NCBI GenBank assembly: GCA_018818345.1
Contig: JAHISI010000016.1
Span: 1 to 46,694 of the forward strand
Source: Patescibacteria group bacterium
GTDB lineage: Bacteria; Patescibacteriota; Dojkabacteria; SC72
Length of the DNA: 46,694 nucleotides
Reading direction: 5' to 3'
The first letter of the stretch is position 1. The number at the start of each line of letters is the position of its first letter. The notes under the pieces were generated by a model. The model was not told where the DNA came from, ran no database searches, and worked only from the letters and a program-made list of their open reading frames with translations. Made by a program: the position numbers and the translations under genes. This document shows positions 43,742-46,694 of the stretch, one piece after another.

Positions 43742-45145
43742 ATGCTGTCCATACTAGTAAATATACTCTTGTTCATATTGGTTATCGGTGTTTTAACATT
43801 CATTCATGAATTAGGACACTTTCTCTCCGCTAAGCTTATTAAAGCTACAGTATTAGAATTCTCATTAGGTTTTGGTCCTAAGTTACTATCAAAGAAATTC
43901 AAAGGTACGGAATACAATATTAGGCTTCTACCATTAGGTGGTTTTGTGAAGATATTGGGAGATGGTGATCCTGAGAAAAAAGAGGTAAAAGAAAAAGCAA
44001 AGAATGATGATGGGAATCTACATAACAAGCCTAGATTAGCTCAAATCTTCGTAATGCTTGCAGGAGTAACCATGAATATTCTCTTCGCCATTACAATGTA
44101 TTTCATAGTTATCTCTAATTCTGTAGTTGGTAATTCTGGATGGAGCACGGTATTAGATTGGTCTTATCAGGATTTTAAACCAATTGGTGCAAGTATTACC
44201 AAAGAAGTAATAGGAGATGTGAAGTATGTAGAACTTGAAGCAGATGGGAGTGCAGTCAAAGCCAATCTCCCTCCGTCAGGCACTATTAAAACCATTGATG
44301 GCAAAGAGATAGAATATGCGTATGAAGTAAGGGAATCATTAAAAGTGGATGCTAGTGGTCAAACAACTATGGAGATTTGCAATGATGATAGTTGTAAGCT
44401 TTACACAGTAAATGTGTCAGATGCAGGTACTATAGGTATAATGCTCCCCACAAATTATTATGTTGTTGCTTCTAACGATGGGAATGCTTTTAAAACCCAA
44501 GTACCTTTCTCAGGAGAGATCAAAGCTATAGATGGAGAAGAAGTTAAATATGCTTCTGATATATTAAATCTTTTAGAAAAAGATAAAAATGGAAAGGCGA
44601 CTTTAGATATTTGTACGGAAACCAATACCTGCGGTACTTACACAGTAGATGTTAAGAGTGATGGAACAATAGGGGTGATACTGTCCACAAATTATTATGT
44701 AGAGTTATCTTACGAAAACAATAAAGTGTTTGCAGGATTTTCTCATTTGATTAATACTGTTAGGTTGATTGGTATAAAGTTTGGAAGTATGTTTGGTGAG
44801 GCTAAAACAACAGGAGATTATTCGGAGATTTCTAATTCAGTATCTGGTCCTGTTGGAATATATTTCTTAATTGACTATTTTAAGAACTTAGGATTTGTTA
44901 CATTCCTGAGTGTAATGGGAGACCTTTCGCTTTCCTTGGCTATTATGAACCTTCTCCCTATACCTGCTTTAGATGGAGGTAGGGTGGGGATATTGCTAAT
45001 CGAGAGTATATTGAGGAAAGAGCTTAATGAAAAGGTAAAGACACTTATAATAAATGGGAGTTTCATTTTATTAATGATTCTTGTTATATTTATTATGGTA
45101 AAGGATGTCCTAAATATACAAAATATTAAGGATATGTTTAGATAA
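43742..45145 (+). CDS. rseP: RseP-like M50 intramembrane protease with a duplicated extracytoplasmic PDZ-like module
   Basis: IHELGH, EFSLGFGPKL, LPLGGFVKI, SGPVGI and NLLPIPALDGG. Confidence 0.88.
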   Translation: MLSILVNILLFILVIGVLTFIHELGHFLSAKLIKATVLEFSLGFGPKLLSKKFKGTEYNIRLLPLGGFVKILGDGDPEKKEVKEKAKNDDGNLHNKPRLAQIFVMLAGVTMNILFAITMYFIVISNSVVGNSGWSTVLDWSYQDFKPIGASITKEVIGDVKYVELEADGSAVKANLPPSGTIKTIDGKEIEYAYEVRESLKVDASGQTTMEICNDDSCKLYTVNVSDAGTIGIMLPTNYYVVASNDGNAFKTQVPFSGEIKAIDGEEVKYASDILNLLEKDKNGKATLDICTETNTCGTYTVDVKSDGTIGVILSTNYYVELSYENNKVFAGFSHLINTVRLIGIKFGSMFGEAKTTGDYSEISNSVSGPVGIYFLIDYFKNLGFVTFLSVMGDLSLSLAIMNLLPIPALDGGRVGILLIESILRKELNEKVKTLIINGSFILLMILVIFIMVKDVLNIQNIKDMFR

Positions 45146-45156
45146 CTGCTGTATAA

Positions 45157-46206
45157 ATGAGAATAAATCTGTCCAAGAAAAATAAGATAATAGTAATAAT
45201 CCTTTTGGTATTAGTATTGGGTGGAACTGGGGGCTATCTTCTTTGGAGGGTTAATCAAAAGGAGACATTAAGAGAAACTTTCACTGAAGCAGGTTGTACA
45301 TACACAAAAGTTGCTGGATCTGATAGGGATACTGGATGTGCTCATTCAACAGCAACGGGTATGGCGTGTAATTGCGGAGAAAATGAACGTGGATACGAAA
45401 AAAACGGTAATCTTTGGTGTGCACAATATACTTCAACATGTACTTCAGACTGTGGAGATGGTACTTGCTCAAGCGATGAAACCGTAACCTCATGTCCTAA
45501 AGATTGTGCGAAATGTGGAGATGATATCTGTAGTAGTACCGAATCCCTCGAACTATGCCCAGAAGATTGTTCTGTATGTGGGGACAACAAATGTACTGGA
45601 ACAGAAACAGCTACTACTTGTGACTCTGATTGTGCTTGTAAAGCATTAGTATGGAGTAGTAAACCAAGTGGTGAATACAAACCCGATGATGTAACTACAG
45701 CAACCTCTTCAATTGTAATTACCAATCCGAATAGCACAAGTGATGCTTTAACTGGTATCACAATGCAATTCAATGGAACTCCTCTTGCACAATGTAGTAG
45801 CTCAGCAACAGGAAATTGTTTTAATGTTGGAACAGATACTGCAGGAAAACAAAAAATTACACTTAATTTGTTTGATGAAGGTCAAACTGTAACAGATGGT
45901 ACATATGATCTATCCATTTCACTTCCTGGTCCTGCGACCTCATGTGTTGAAACGGCTACTTTTACAGTGGCTGAAGATGCTGTTGTAGTAGTAGATGAAG
46001 TCCCTGATACAGGTCTCTTTGATGGTGTTATGAGTAAGATATATCTTGGCTCTGGTTTCGTATTCTTAGGTTTAATGACAACACAACTCTCAAAGTTTGG
46101 ATATATGTTCAATATCATTGGTGAGAGAAATAGGGTAGTATTAGAGGAGAAGAAAAGGAAAAGGGAAGAGGATAAAAGAAATAGGTTTGAAAGAAGGTTT
46201 AAATAA
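45157..46206 (+). CDS. Cys-rich surface protein with an N-terminal anchor and an LPxTG-like C-terminal signal
   Basis: Basic plus hydrophobic N-terminus, three CGD-x2-C-x3-E-x4-C-x2-DC repeats, then VPDTG, a TM helix and a charged tail. Confidence 0.8.
   Translation: MRINLSKKNKIIVIILLVLVLGGTGGYLLWRVNQKETLRETFTEAGCTYTKVAGSDRDTGCAHSTATGMACNCGENERGYEKNGNLWCAQYTSTCTSDCGDGTCSSDETVTSCPKDCAKCGDDICSSTESLELCPEDCSVCGDNKCTGTETATTCDSDCACKALVWSSKPSGEYKPDDVTTATSSIVITNPNSTSDALTGITMQFNGTPLAQCSSSATGNCFNVGTDTAGKQKITLNLFDEGQTVTDGTYDLSISLPGPATSCVETATFTVAEDAVVVVDEVPDTGLFDGVMSKIYLGSGFVFLGLMTTQLSKFGYMFNIIGERNRVVLEEKKRKREEDKRNRFERRFK
45451..45633 (+). repeat. Three tandem 63-bp Cys-rich coding repeats
   Basis: CGDGTCSSDETVTSCPKDC / CGDDICSSTESLELCPEDC / CGDNKCTGTETATTCDSDC. 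Confidence 0.85.
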
Positions 46207-46694
46207 TGAGTGTAAAAATTCGTTTAACAAAGAGAGCGAAAATAATAATTCTGGCATCATTGGTGCTGTTATTAGCTGGTGCAGGAGGATATTTACTTTG
46301 GAGGGTTAACAATTCTGAAACCATAAGCCCTGATGTAAGTGAAGCAACAGGAGGAATAGGAGCATGCTGTGGACCTGCGGGATGTGTTGCTGGATGGAAA
46401 TGTGATACTAGCCAATCATGCTCAGAAACTAAGACCGTTACTTGTAGCTATGCGGGACAACCAGTGAGTTGTGGTACATATAAGGGTGTAGCAGGTTCAC
46501 CTAGTAGTCCATGTCTGTATCCTGGACAGTCAATATCATGCTCATATAGTATTGGTGGAAAATGTGTAAAAGAAACATCTCCTAATCCTGAACAGCCAAC
46601 AAATAATGGAGTTTGTGATATTAGAAAATGTGAATGGCCTGAAACCCTTATGAGTAGCAACAACTGTGCTTGTGAGACCTGTAAAGGAATAAAT
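46206..46694 (+). CDS. Second Cys-rich surface protein, truncated by the window edge
   Basis: TAATG overlap. Manual translation MSVKIRLTKRAKIIILASLVLLLAGAGGYLLWRVNNSETISPDVSEATGGIGACCG.. stays open to the end of the window. Confidence 0.8.
   Translation, partial: MSVKIRLTKRAKIIILASLVLLLAGAGGYLLWRVNNSETISPDVSEATGGIGACCGPAGCVAGWKCDTSQSCSETKTVTCSYAGQPVSCGTYKGVAGSPSSPCLYPGQSISCSYSIGGKCVKETSPNPEQPTNNGVCDIRKCEWPETLMSSNNCACETCKGIN

Noticed and set aside
1..46694. Alternative genetic code (UGA as Gly, code 25)
   Set aside because: Conserved genes are full length under code 11 with no in-frame TGA, and tRNA-Trp has a normal CCA anticodon.

Overview
This low-GC window looks like a Patescibacteria/CPR genome. 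Dojkabacteria (WS6) is plausible but is my inference from gene content and style, not a phylogeny; the standard bacterial code is used. The backbone is housekeeping: argS, rlmN, proS, uvrA, trpS, two mreB paralogs, mreC-mreD-mrdA, dprA-topA-radC, rpsB-tsf-frr-rseP, and a disrupted tRNA(Thr-Tyr-Thr)-rpmG-tRNA(Trp)-secE-nusG-rplKA-rplJL cluster; six tRNAs in total. The best candidate for a new system is a translationally coupled minus-strand operon (17933-23691). It holds a 7TM membrane protein and four different ATP-grasp amide ligases: an alpha-L-glutamate-ligase-like enzyme fused to a retropepsin-like protease, two cyanophycin-synthetase-like enzymes and a RimK-like enzyme. It converges on a methyltransferase/7TM histidine kinase pair, and a MATCAP/DUF1704-type carboxypeptidase lies beside mreB, which suggests a peptide-polymer or peptide-tag write/erase system. 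Other notable items: a catalytically complete form III-like RuBisCO; ribosomal protein S2 fused to an RNA polymerase alpha-CTD-like domain; EF-Ts with a duplicated N-terminal domain; two tRNAs with C55; a probable 6S RNA; cassette-like orphan genes with near-duplicate promoters and long hairpins between rplA and rplJ; REP-like palindromes; and widespread leaderless gene starts. All calls come from reading motifs by eye; no searches were run.
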